From a virus: a DNA stretch of 64,000 nucleotides. The first letter of the stretch is position 1, and every line of letters begins with the position of its first letter. The notes beneath the pieces are model-generated. The model ran no database searches and had not been told where the DNA came from. It was given only the letters and a program-made list of their open reading frames with translations. Shown here in pieces: positions 9,784 through 18,962 of the stretch. Location of the stretch: the IMG/VR virus record IMGVR_UViG_3300032086_003519, positions 1 through 64,000 of that record; one strand, written 5' to 3'. Position numbers and translations under genes: made by a program.

Positions 9784-12700
9784 ATGGTACAGTTAACAGA
9801 GCCTCTAGAAATGTTCAACGCTTATGTCGTTGACTTTAGCTGTAGTGTGGGTTATGGCGCAGAGTCTAGCACTATGCAGATGACTCTTGCTGAAGACCCA
9901 GACCATGTAGACTCTAACGGCAATTCCGCACCGAAGATTATACAGCACAAAAAGCCTCGACTTGATGAAGATGGAAAACTTATCCCTGACAATAATGGCA
10001 GTGTTGAATATGATATTGTAAGCGGATTTCCAGAGGTTGGAACTTGCTGTCAGTTCAAGTTTGAAGGTTTTGAGTTTGTCGGAATTTTTCAAAGGTATAA
10101 TTATAATCAAAGTCTTAGTGGAAATACTTATGACATTACATTTGAATCCCCATCAAAAGCTCTTGACGGCACTCAAGTTATTCTTGACAAGTTTGAAGGT
10201 ACTGTATTTACTGAAGGCAACAGATATTTTCCATCAGAAGGAGAAAACTTTACCAGCCAAATAAACAATATTTATAATCCATTTGGTATAAAAGAAAATT
10301 ATGCTTTTGGAGGTTTGTTTGGTGGGTCTGGAAGAAACGAGTTCGGTTTTGATGCTAGAGAGCTTTTAGAAATTATAGAGGGTATTTCTAGATCTGAATA
10401 TACTTACGATAATCCCAGTGGCGCCTCTGTAGATGCATCTACTAACTCCGACGATGAAGAAATCATAGGAGGTCCAATTCACTTCGGCGAATCAAAGTTT
10501 GTTATTGATTTTGCTGAGCTTAAAACCTTAGTTCCTGACTTTCTTAGGATCAAGGGTGATTTCCAAAGCATCAATGCTATACTGCAAGAATGTACAGAAA
10601 TAATAGTTCATGATTATGTTTCTTACATCAAGCCAACTGAGACACAAGTGCTTGTTGGTTATGGCGGAGGAATTAATCCTCAGCCTATATATCGAACAGA
10701 AGTACAAAATGGAGTCACTCTCCCAACACTAGATGATGACGAAAATGTTACAGGACCAGTAATATCATTTAAGTATCTTAATAAAAGCGCACAACCAAAT
10801 CCCGGAGTTGTAGAAAGTTTAGTAAATGCCAAGAAGGGCACGACACTTATATCTGCTACTAATGGTAAAGAGCTTGCAGATGTTGTTACGCAAAAACTAA
10901 TTATCGGAGACAAGGCTACTAGAGTCTGGCATGCCGGTTTAGAATATATGATACCTGTTTACGGTAAAGACTTAGCTGGAGAATGGTTAGTTGGTGCTGG
11001 ATTTGGAGATACAGATATAGCTCCAGTATTAATGCCTAACGGCGCCACATATAATGCATATATAGCAGAGTTAAGAGCTGCCCTTTCTGGATTTGATGTT
11101 TGGTGTTGGTATCATACCGTTGGCGCTGCATACGGCTACACAAACGTGACTAACCCAACTTATAGTTCTTTCGCTAGAATTAGCCAGTCTAAGTTTAATA
11201 AAGTAATTCAAAATACAATGACACCATACGCTATAATGTCTTCTTTTAATGGAGACCACATGAGGGCAATGGCTCAAAACGAGGCTCAGATGGGGCTAAA
11301 CGGCAGTGTAGATGGTGATAATACAGAAGTCTTTCAGGCAGTATTAAATACGGCAACGAATTATTATGGTAAAACTTATTTTATTCTTTTGCCTGTTGAG
11401 CCCGGAGGAATTGACAATAACATTAGATTTGTAAAAGAGAAGTCTGAATCTGCTTGGCAAATATCTGAGTCTGGATGGGACCCTGATTTTACTATCAAGG
11501 ATATTGATGGTTATGATGACACGGGAAAGATGAAAGCAGCTGCTGGCTATTTTCCTAGTTTTTCGACCTCCACCAAGGAATTCAGTAGAGACTTTAGTGA
11601 AATAGAAAGACCGTTACCTTATGTGATTCCCAACCTTGCAACAGTTTTGGTGGGAGCAACTAATATTACGGTCGATAAAAAAATATACTGGAGACAGAAT
11701 CCGTATTTTCAGCAGAACAACAATCCGTATGATGATGTTTCGGCAATGGTTCACGTTACTGTTCCTGCAGTTTATGAACATGTTAATGGAGGTTTGATGC
11801 AATCAGTTGGCTTCGACAAGCAGCTAGTATCTGGTCCGAGAGCTGCAATGGATGGGATATTTGCGTTTGCAGCAGGTCTTGGTCCGGGATCGGCTTTAGG
11901 TTCAGCTACAGGTTTTAGTGGCTATGGCACCGAACCGTCAAATTTTCTTTCAATGGAAAACGCCGCACTAGCTTTGAAATATATGCCGAAAGCAGTAAGA
12001 CCTTATGAGATATCTATTCCACAAAGCAGTACAAGATATACTTGGGGACCTTGGTATAGATATAGTGCAAAAAGAGGTAAGGCAGAAATAGAACAAAACT
12101 CTCAACTCAATCCAGAAACATTCGGCAGTGTAAATGTTTTGGATCAAGCTGCTTTTGCTTTGGCTGGTAGTGCGGTTGCAGATATGTATCAATCTGAATC
12201 TGGCTCTATAGAAGTTGCAGAATTTCCAGAATATAACATTGCTGAAAGATTCACTGGTAGTGGACCATACGTAACTAAACTTTCTTGTAAAGTCGGAACT
12301 GGCGGAATAACTACAAGTTATGAGTTTTCTACTTGGACTAGAAATTTTGGTAAAATAGCAAAGTACAATGTTGATAGAATTGCGGCGATTAACAAGAATA
12401 AAATTAGGGCGCTCAGACAAGGCTCGAATGGCATACCAATGATGCCATTCCAAGGTTCAAGCACTATAGGTGCTGGAGCGCAAAATGCCCATGCATTGAA
12501 CCCTCAAGTCAATAATTTCTTCACCGGAATTCCAGTCCCAATGAATGTTGCTGGTGGTGCCGCTAATAATCCAGACGGACCACAAGTTTGGCTAATGTCT
12601 GGCAAAAATGGCGAAAGTGTAGCCGAAGATCTTGTCCGTAAGATTCAGTTTGGTAATAATATTCTACACGCTTATGACGTAACCTTTGGTTGTACTCAAG

Positions 12701-13470
12701 AACAAATATTGAGCCCTATTGGTGTTCCGTCTACTAGACAGAGAGTCGAGACTGGGCAGCATTATGGCGGCATAAAGGATTTTCTCCCATACATAAAAGA
12801 CCCCAAAGATGCTGAAGATAGCACTGGGGATAAATTTAGCTTTAACCTAGTTAATCCTTCTGCAGCAGATTTAGATCCGTATTTTGGACCAAAATCCTAC
12901 GACGGTTGGGGTAAAGTAGATTATGGAGTTACCGTTGTGGATGATTTTGCAACCGTGTCTCAAGGTCGCAATTTTATGGCATTTGAAGACAGAAATAACA
13001 CCTCGGAAAAATCTAACGAATATAGAACGTATGGACTAAGAGGGCCGATATTATTGTCTGGCTGGGGATATGATGTTGATGGACTTCCCGTGCCGAGAGG
13101 AGAGAGAGATTTACCTGACCAATTCAATGGCAGTTTTTCACAAAATAGATCTGGCTGGAAAACAGGGCCTGTAGACTTGAGGTGGGATGAAGAAAGACAA
13201 GTTTGGGCTGGTGGCTATCAGATAGTAGAAGGTTTCTTAACAACTCCAGTAAAACCTGCAATCGGACAGAACCCCGATGGAGAGTCAACAGTACAAATAT
13301 ATAAAAGAATTGACGGAACTCTTAAAGCTACTGGGGAAGAAATTAAAGTTAAGAATTTGGATAAACATCTTGAGATAACACAGAATCTACCTTTATATGT
13401 TAGTTGCATTAGAATTAATCGAGATTGGAGATTCTTATATATCGGCTGTGATGTTCCTGCAGTACAGTAA
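9784..13470 (+). CDS. putative tail/baseplate hub protein (1228 aa)
   Basis: Starts 1 nt after the previous stop. Large and acidic, with a 'GPVDLRWDEER.VW' motif near the C-terminus; structural context. Confidence 0.5.
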   Translation: MVQLTEPLEMFNAYVVDFSCSVGYGAESSTMQMTLAEDPDHVDSNGNSAPKIIQHKKPRLDEDGKLIPDNNGSVEYDIVSGFPEVGTCCQFKFEGFEFVGIFQRYNYNQSLSGNTYDITFESPSKALDGTQVILDKFEGTVFTEGNRYFPSEGENFTSQINNIYNPFGIKENYAFGGLFGGSGRNEFGFDARELLEIIEGISRSEYTYDNPSGASVDASTNSDDEEIIGGPIHFGESKFVIDFAELKTLVPDFLRIKGDFQSINAILQECTEIIVHDYVSYIKPTETQVLVGYGGGINPQPIYRTEVQNGVTLPTLDDDENVTGPVISFKYLNKSAQPNPGVVESLVNAKKGTTLISATNGKELADVVTQKLIIGDKATRVWHAGLEYMIPVYGKDLAGEWLVGAGFGDTDIAPVLMPNGATYNAYIAELRAALSGFDVWCWYHTVGAAYGYTNVTNPTYSSFARISQSKFNKVIQNTMTPYAIMSSFNGDHMRAMAQNEAQMGLNGSVDGDNTEVFQAVLNTATNYYGKTYFILLPVEPGGIDNNIRFVKEKSESAWQISESGWDPDFTIKDIDGYDDTGKMKAAAGYFPSFSTSTKEFSRDFSEIERPLPYVIPNLATVLVGATNITVDKKIYWRQNPYFQQNNNPYDDVSAMVHVTVPAVYEHVNGGLMQSVGFDKQLVSGPRAAMDGIFAFAAGLGPGSALGSATGFSGYGTEPSNFLSMENAALALKYMPKAVRPYEISIPQSSTRYTWGPWYRYSAKRGKAEIEQNSQLNPETFGSVNVLDQAAFALAGSAVADMYQSESGSIEVAEFPEYNIAERFTGSGPYVTKLSCKVGTGGITTSYEFSTWTRNFGKIAKYNVDRIAAINKNKIRALRQGSNGIPMMPFQGSSTIGAGAQNAHALNPQVNNFFTGIPVPMNVAGGAANNPDGPQVWLMSGKNGESVAEDLVRKIQFGNNILHAYDVTFGCTQEQILSPIGVPSTRQRVETGQHYGGIKDFLPYIKDPKDAEDSTGDKFSFNLVNPSAADLDPYFGPKSYDGWGKVDYGVTVVDDFATVSQGRNFMAFEDRNNTSEKSNEYRTYGLRGPILLSGWGYDVDGLPVPRGERDLPDQFNGSFSQNRSGWKTGPVDLRWDEERQVWAGGYQIVEGFLTTPVKPAIGQNPDGESTVQIYKRIDGTLKATGEEIKVKNLDKHLEITQNLPLYVSCIRINRDWRFLYIGCDVPAVQ

Positions 13471-13487
13471 TAAGGAGTTATCGTTTA

Positions 13488-15455
13488 ATGAATAGCCGCG
13501 CGTGTTGCTGTAGAGAGGGAGAGTCTTGTGCTGATTGCAAGCTGCAATGCCTATTCTACTGTGATGGAAATCCCGCAGGCCCAATGCCTCTAGATCAAGC
13601 TTGGGATTCAGGAGTCTATTTACCAACTCCGGGAGGAAATAATCCTCCTACTGGGTATTCTGATTTTGATAGAACGAAGCATCCTTGCAATGATAGTAAG
13701 TTTGATTATGCTCTTCTTTTGTGCAATATAAATGCAGCTAAAGATGATGAATTTATTGTATGTCTAAACGGCTATGAATTAGGTCCGATTGCGGAGTTAG
13801 GCGTAGATGCTTGTGGTGGTAGATTCTTTGCTACTTCTCAAGAGATAGTAGATGTAATAAAACGTGGACAGGATGACCCAGAGTGTCCTCAGTTTGAAGG
13901 TATTACAATTTGTTGTGTGAGAAATACTGACGCTGTAACAATAGTAGATAAAAAGCCTTTTATGGCTGATTCTAGAATTGTCGATGTAGACCCAAATGGA
14001 AACCCCGTTGTTACTAAAAACTTTTTCGATCTTTTTATGCGAAATACCAAGAATAATAATAATGGGAATTTTGGAGAGTTTGTAATATGGAGGCTGTCTA
14101 AATATAGAAGTGGAGGTAAAACTCTGGAATCCCTTTGTGAATTAGGGAGAGGTAATTACGCTGGAGTTAGTGGTGAAGACCTTGGGCCATATGATTTTGG
14201 CGACCAACCTCTATGTTGCGATCCTAAGCTTTACCCTTCTTATTGTTGTACAATTGACGGGATTGTTCAGTGTGTCCCAGAAAAAGGAACTCCTGCAGCA
14301 GAACCTGCCGATGAATGTTCTGATTATTACTATCCTCCAGAGCCACCGCCGGAGCCACCGCCAGAGCCGCCTCCAACACCAGCAATTTGTGCCGGCTACT
14401 GTTATTACACATGGAGTCAATCAGACTATAAATGGATTTTAGATGAGGCTATAAGCTATTGTTGTAAAGATCCTGATAATCCTCTGACTGGAACTGGTTG
14501 TGATCCGTATGACCCTAATGACATTGGCAGGGAGTGTAATTGTTGCCCTCCTGTGAATCCGGGTTTATTTGACGGAGCTGTAATGTTTGGTGTTTGTGAT
14601 GATATTAGTGTTGCATGTGCATTGCCACCAGAACCACCAGAGCCACCACCGGAGCCACCACCGGAGCCGCCGCCAGATCCACCATCAATCAACTGTTGGT
14701 TTGAATGGAGTGGCACTGTCTGGTATTTTCGTGACGACATTAGTTTTTGTGAACAAATTTGTTGCGAACCCACAGGCACAGGAAGTGAGGTAGGACAATT
14801 AGCGCTTGGTACTTGTCAAGAGTCTTGTCCAGAGCCGCCTTCAGAGCCACCGACACCTACGTGTGAAGGAGGTTGCGTATATAGGTGGGAACTTGATTCG
14901 AGTAATGCTAATGGTGGATATTGGGCGCTGGTTGATCTTGCTAGTGATTGCACTTGCACCTGTTGCCCTCCTGTGCATATTGGAAGTGATGGAGATATTT
15001 ATATTGGCACATGTCAAGATGATATTTGTCCAGATCCTCCATCCCCTCCGCCACCTAAAGATCCGCCTTCGCCTTGTGGCTGGTGTGCATATATATGGGA
15101 TGCATCTACATCTTCATGGGTTTTAGACACTAGTATTACTAACTGTCCTAGTCCGTGTGGGTGTTCAGAGCCACCATACGACGGAACGTTTGATGCTGAA
15201 ATGGCAAATGGGGCTTGTACTGGACCTGCTCCTGACGATCCTGATGATGATCCACCTGAAGCCGCTTGCGATAACGCCTCGTGCGCATGGATATTCAATA
15301 TGGACCCAGATGTCTGGAGCTGGGAGCTAATTTTTGGTTGTCCGGCGCATTGTCCGGGTTACTCTTGTAATCCACCTGCTCCGTTACCACTTGATGCCGA
15401 TGTAACTGATCCGGGATTTTTTGCTAGCGCAGATACCCCTTGTTTTCCACCTTAA
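13488..15455 (+). CDS. Cys/Pro-rich repeat protein (655 aa), probable virion fibre or decoration protein
   Basis: RBS TAAGGAG. About five Cys/Trp modules (C-x3-C-x-[YWF]-x-W...W...C..CC-PP..G..G...C) are separated by PEPP linkers. Confidence 0.6.
   Translation: MNSRACCCREGESCADCKLQCLFYCDGNPAGPMPLDQAWDSGVYLPTPGGNNPPTGYSDFDRTKHPCNDSKFDYALLLCNINAAKDDEFIVCLNGYELGPIAELGVDACGGRFFATSQEIVDVIKRGQDDPECPQFEGITICCVRNTDAVTIVDKKPFMADSRIVDVDPNGNPVVTKNFFDLFMRNTKNNNNGNFGEFVIWRLSKYRSGGKTLESLCELGRGNYAGVSGEDLGPYDFGDQPLCCDPKLYPSYCCTIDGIVQCVPEKGTPAAEPADECSDYYYPPEPPPEPPPEPPPTPAICAGYCYYTWSQSDYKWILDEAISYCCKDPDNPLTGTGCDPYDPNDIGRECNCCPPVNPGLFDGAVMFGVCDDISVACALPPEPPEPPPEPPPEPPPDPPSINCWFEWSGTVWYFRDDISFCEQICCEPTGTGSEVGQLALGTCQESCPEPPSEPPTPTCEGGCVYRWELDSSNANGGYWALVDLASDCTCTCCPPVHIGSDGDIYIGTCQDDICPDPPSPPPPKDPPSPCGWCAYIWDASTSSWVLDTSITNCPSPCGCSEPPYDGTFDAEMANGACTGPAPDDPDDDPPEAACDNASCAWIFNMDPDVWSWELIFGCPAHCPGYSCNPPAPLPLDADVTDPGFFASADTPCFPP
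14334..14375 (+). repeat. 12-bp tandem repeat encoding (PPEP)n
   Basis: cctccagagcca ccgccggagcca ccgccagagccg cctcca. Confidence 0.85.
14625..14684 (+). repeat. second 9/12-bp tandem repeat encoding PPEPPEPPPEPPPEPPPDPP
   Basis: ccaccagaaccaccagagccaccaccggagccaccaccggagccgccgccagatccacca. Confidence 0.85.
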
Positions 15456-15473
15456 TTTGAAAGATAGCAATAA

Positions 15474-15872
15474 ATGAAATGCGTAAAAGAAACTTGCAAT
15501 GGGAAATTGACTCTAATACAAGATACTGTTTGGCTTTGCGATGAGTGCAAAGGTATGTACAAAAAAGAGTCGATAGAGGAATTCAAAAAGTTTCAAGCGG
15601 AAAGAAAACCTTCGCTTGTGAAAAAGGCTGCAAACTTTACCAAAGCGGCAGTAAAACACGCTGCAAATGGTTTTAAAAATGTCCCTGAAACAGTGTATAA
15701 TAGTCGGATGGAGATATGTAACAGCTGTGAAAAGCTAGATAATGGGAATTGTTCGGAGTGCGGATGTGTAGTGAAATTAAAGACTGCTTGGGCTTCTGAA
15801 AAATGCCCTATAGATAAATGGTCTGAATATAAAGCTACTAGAGGAAAATGCGGAGGATGCGGTAGAAAATAA
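15474..15872 (+). CDS. small Cys-rich zinc-binding protein (DUF6171-like)
   Basis: Motif R-x-x-IC-x2-C...C-x2-CGC...K......CP-x2-KW, plus N- and C-terminal CxxC motifs. Confidence 0.55.
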   Translation: MKCVKETCNGKLTLIQDTVWLCDECKGMYKKESIEEFKKFQAERKPSLVKKAANFTKAAVKHAANGFKNVPETVYNSRMEICNSCEKLDNGNCSECGCVVKLKTAWASEKCPIDKWSEYKATRGKCGGCGRK

Positions 15873-15899
15873 CTTAAAATTATGTTTATAACTAGCATT

Positions 15900-15914
15900 T
15901 TTGTGTATTATAAT
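15900..15914 (+). promoter_or_regulatory. candidate phage (late) promoter motif TTTGTGTATTATAAT
   Basis: Lies in the intergenic gap upstream of 15953. A near-identical TTTGTGTAATATA occurs upstream of the 63901 gene on the minus strand. Confidence 0.35.
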
Positions 15915-15952
15915 ACATAGGTGCTTTTAGATACAATAAAGGAGACTTTAAA

Positions 15953-16882
15953 ATGGCAGAAATCACTTTTGGTATAGATAACCAAGAAAACATCGTAGGC
16001 TCAGGGTTGGGCTTTTACGGGGCTTCGTTCGGCTCCTCAGTACAAATCGGTGCTTTCCAAGACAGAACATTTGTAACAAACTCAGCAGGTACGTCACAAG
16101 GTCCTGCGGCTAATAACATCAAGTTTGAAGTTCCAGCTACAGGTAATACTCAGACAATTGGTTCTGGTATTCCAATCACGAAGATCAACTCTGGTAATAG
16201 AACTTTCCACATTAACTTCGACCATAGTACAGACGTTAATGTTCAGAACTGCCAGTTAAGAATTTATGATAGAACTAATATTAACTTCCCAGCTTCTGGT
16301 GTTGTGACAAAGGTTTGCGAATTAGTAAACTTTGACAATAAAACTACCAGTACTTGGATAAGTGGCAATGGAGAAGATAATGTTGCTCTTGGTAGTAACT
16401 TCTACGGTTCTGGTGACATGTTCTGGTGGGGTTCACCTTGGCCAGATTCAGGCCCAGTAAGAGCTGGACAGGACTTCTACGATAACTCTTCTGGCGTTAG
16501 ATTCCACAACTTTACTCAAACAGAAGCTACTGCTGGTAATGGTAATGGTGACTCAAGACTCGGAACTGTTACTGGTGATACCGAAACTGTTGGCGGTACT
16601 GGTGTTGTAGTTCCATTGTTTAACTCACCCGGAAGTGGTGGATACTTTGTAAACAGTAAGAATACTGACGTTTCTGCTGTTCAGCCTAAATGGTTGCAAT
16701 ATTATGATAATAGTAATAGACCTGATGATGCTCCTAACTTAGGAACAAAAACTACTACTAATACATTTGGTGGTACTGGTCTTGCTAAGCGTCATACTTG
16801 GTATGTCGGTATTTCAGCTTCACCGCTAAGTATCGGATCTAAGACACAATATGGACTGTATGTATCTCTAGAGTACCTATAA
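15953..16882 (+). CDS. putative virion structural protein (309 aa)
   Basis: Strong RBS AAAGGAG. Rich in G/S/T/N; ends in YGLYVSLEYL; followed by a terminator. Confidence 0.55.
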   Translation: MAEITFGIDNQENIVGSGLGFYGASFGSSVQIGAFQDRTFVTNSAGTSQGPAANNIKFEVPATGNTQTIGSGIPITKINSGNRTFHINFDHSTDVNVQNCQLRIYDRTNINFPASGVVTKVCELVNFDNKTTSTWISGNGEDNVALGSNFYGSGDMFWWGSPWPDSGPVRAGQDFYDNSSGVRFHNFTQTEATAGNGNGDSRLGTVTGDTETVGGTGVVVPLFNSPGSGGYFVNSKNTDVSAVQPKWLQYYDNSNRPDDAPNLGTKTTTNTFGGTGLAKRHTWYVGISASPLSIGSKTQYGLYVSLEYL

Positions 16883-16906
16883 AGCTTTGAGCCTTTTGGT
16901 CCATTG

Positions 16907-16940
16907 AAAAGCCCTGCTAGCGCGGGGCTTTTATTTTTTG
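16907..16940. terminator. intrinsic terminator at the convergence of the + and - gene blocks (possibly bidirectional)
   Basis: aaaa-gccctgc-tagc-gcggggc-ttttattttt. Confidence 0.8.
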
Positions 16941-17782
16941 GTAAAGAGAAAATTGCAGAAGAACTTATGACCGCCATTCTTGACTTCTTTTAGCATCCAA
17001 TCATAGTTTTTACGTTCACTGAACATCGTTGTTTCATGTACTCTTGATACATAATTGTGCACGAATTCTGGTGTTTCAAGCTCGGGCGATTCGTTTAGTA
17101 TAGTTTGCAATCTTATTTGCCAGTAATTATGATCTGACGCAGTATACTCAAAACCCTTGCTTTCTAGAAAGTCTCTAATCTGCTCTATAGTGCATCCACC
17201 ATTATAATAAGTCGCTTCGTGGGTCATGGTTGCTTCTAGCAGGATTCGTTCTACATCTGTGATTCTATCACCCAAACCTTCAAGAGCTATCAATTCGCTC
17301 TCCTGTAGATCCATAATTAAAGCATCCACACTTTCAATATTCCTTTCATTCATAAAGGTGTCCAGTCTTGTGGCATCGACTTCTATCTTAGTGACTGGCT
17401 CATTTATCTGCTCATTTTCAAGCAGTGAAGAAGCTCCTATGTTTGAGTTTTCATTTACCGCATCGACTGAATAAAACTCGATTTTTTGGTCTTTGTTGTA
17501 TACCGCTTTTTCTATCAATTCTATATTAGCATCGGAATATCTTAGATTTCTTTTGCATAGGTTTATTGCGTATGGATTACACTCAAACGCATAAGACTTA
17601 TCGACTCCATACATAGAACTAAATACCATTAGATCCACTATATCTCTTGAGCCACATTCAATTACGGTCTTGTAGTCAATACCAGACAGAAATCTGTTGA
17701 GCTTAACATTTACATAATCACAACCAACTTCAATATCTTTTTCGGTCGAGTTTCTAGCCAGTTCTTCTAAATCTATATACAT
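16931..17782 (-). CDS. FkbM-family SAM-dependent methyltransferase
   Basis: Motifs VIECGSR, YAFECNP, RLDTF..IESVDALIMDLQESE. Start moved to MYIDLEE (RBS AAAGGAAG) because the upstream extension overlaps a terminator. Confidence 0.8.
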   Translation of the reverse strand: MYIDLEELARNSTEKDIEVGCDYVNVKLNRFLSGIDYKTVIECGSRDIVDLMVFSSMYGVDKSYAFECNPYAINLCKRNLRYSDANIELIEKAVYNKDQKIEFYSVDAVNENSNIGASSLLENEQINEPVTKIEVDATRLDTFMNERNIESVDALIMDLQESELIALEGLGDRITDVERILLEATMTHEATYYNGGCTIEQIRDFLESKGFEYTASDHNYWQIRLQTILNESPELETPEFVHNYVSRVHETTMFSERKNYDWMLKEVKNGGHKFFCNFLFTKK

Positions 17783-17794
17783 CTTTCTTCCTTT

Positions 17795-17836
17795 AAAACA
17801 AAAATAAAACCTCACCCAAGTTTCCCTGAGTGAGGT
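17795..17836 (-). terminator. intrinsic terminator
   Basis: On the minus strand: acctcactcagg-gaaa-cttgggtgaggt followed by tttatttttgtttt. Confidence 0.8.
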
Positions 17837-17856
17837 CGCCCTAACCGGAGCACTCT

Positions 17857-18186
17857 TTATTCAAGAGTCTTAGTCTTAGGATTCCATTTCTGCCAACCAC
17901 CGTCAGGTAGCCAGTTTCCATCGGCATCCTTGCGTTTGGGGAATAATCCACCACCCTTCTTGTTTGCACCAAATGCTAGTTTAGCACCACAGTCCACACA
18001 ACGAAGTTCGTAGTATTCGTTACCATCATTCTCTCTCACGACAAATCTTAGGTTCTCAGAACCACATTTGCCACAAGATGTTTCACCAAATACTTCTTGA
18101 AAAGTAGCTAGTTGCTTCCAGATTTCACGAACGCTATCTGCTTCAAATTCTACGCTAAGTTTATTTACCTTGAAATTCGCTTTCAT
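17857..18186 (-). CDS. hypothetical zinc-ribbon protein
   Basis: CGKCG...CVDCG motifs. TGATG overlap with the upstream gene. Confidence 0.6.
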   Translation of the reverse strand: MKANFKVNKLSVEFEADSVREIWKQLATFQEVFGETSCGKCGSENLRFVVRENDGNEYYELRCVDCGAKLAFGANKKGGGLFPKRKDADGNWLPDGGWQKWNPKTKTLE

Positions 18187-18962
18187 CAGTTTCTCCAATT
18201 CTTGTCATAACCCATAATCGTCTCTGGTATTTCTGTTGCTTTAGTTTGGTATTTATTAAGGACTCCGAGCATCGCAGAGGCTTTCTTCTTTTCTACCTCA
18301 TTGATTGACCCATATTCGCCCTCACCAGAATTAATAAACCCAATAACGTTGATGTCCAATTGCCTACATTTATTGTCGATAAAGTTGATTTGAGAAGCAC
18401 TAATCTTAGAGTCCTCAGCCCACTCACCGTCTGTAGGGTTGTCCTTCTGTACGCTTTGCTGCACAATAGACACAATGTCTTTTCTTGCTAATTCCTCAGC
18501 AGCTAGACATCGTACACCTAAAGCCTTACGCAAAGCTCGTCCTTCCGCACGAGTGCTTGCGGTAGCTACTGGATGAGCACAAAATAGGTCATCAGTATTA
18601 CCGTGCCACACATCGGCAACTTCTTTAAAGACTCGGAGTTGTCCAGAGTTCATCCAATTGATTGCAACCTGATAAACAACTGTAGCTCTTCCGGGTCCAT
18701 TTCCATCGGTTGCGGGAAATACTTGATCTGGGCCAGATTCAATAACCTCACCTAGTAGTAGTCCTGCAACTCTTCTCAGTCCTGCACAAATGGGATTTCC
18801 ATCAATAAGTTCATCTTTGCGAAAATGTCCCATTACGTATTCATTCCATTCCTGTGAACCATACTCAGGAACGTCTGGATCTTTTGGTACTGCAATTACG
18901 TCTTGTTCCGTGACGGCTTCAAAGTCAAACATTTCTTCTTCAATTTCAACTGTTTTTGTCAT
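18186..18962 (-). CDS. putative ssDNA-annealing/recombination protein (Rad52/Erf/Sak-like)
   Basis: 'ATASTRAEGRALRKALG' helix motif and a C-terminal 'ISASQINFI' module typical of phage SSAPs. Start set at MTKTVE (TGATG overlap). Confidence 0.45.
   Translation of the reverse strand: MTKTVEIEEEMFDFEAVTEQDVIAVPKDPDVPEYGSQEWNEYVMGHFRKDELIDGNPICAGLRRVAGLLLGEVIESGPDQVFPATDGNGPGRATVVYQVAINWMNSGQLRVFKEVADVWHGNTDDLFCAHPVATASTRAEGRALRKALGVRCLAAEELARKDIVSIVQQSVQKDNPTDGEWAEDSKISASQINFIDNKCRQLDINVIGFINSGEGEYGSINEVEKKKASAMLGVLNKYQTKATEIPETIMGYDKNWRN

Noticed and set aside
14334-14684. Tandem repeats as a CRISPR array or DGR repeat
   Set aside because: They are in-frame proline-linker codons without spacers, and there is no reverse transcriptase in the window.
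2537-15298. Short alternative-frame and antisense ORFs within the structural genes (e.g. the Gly-rich ORF at 14456-14779)
   Set aside because: They are shadows of the long ORFs (antisense of Pro codons) with no RBS or motif support. The same applies to the + strand ORFs across the minus-strand block.
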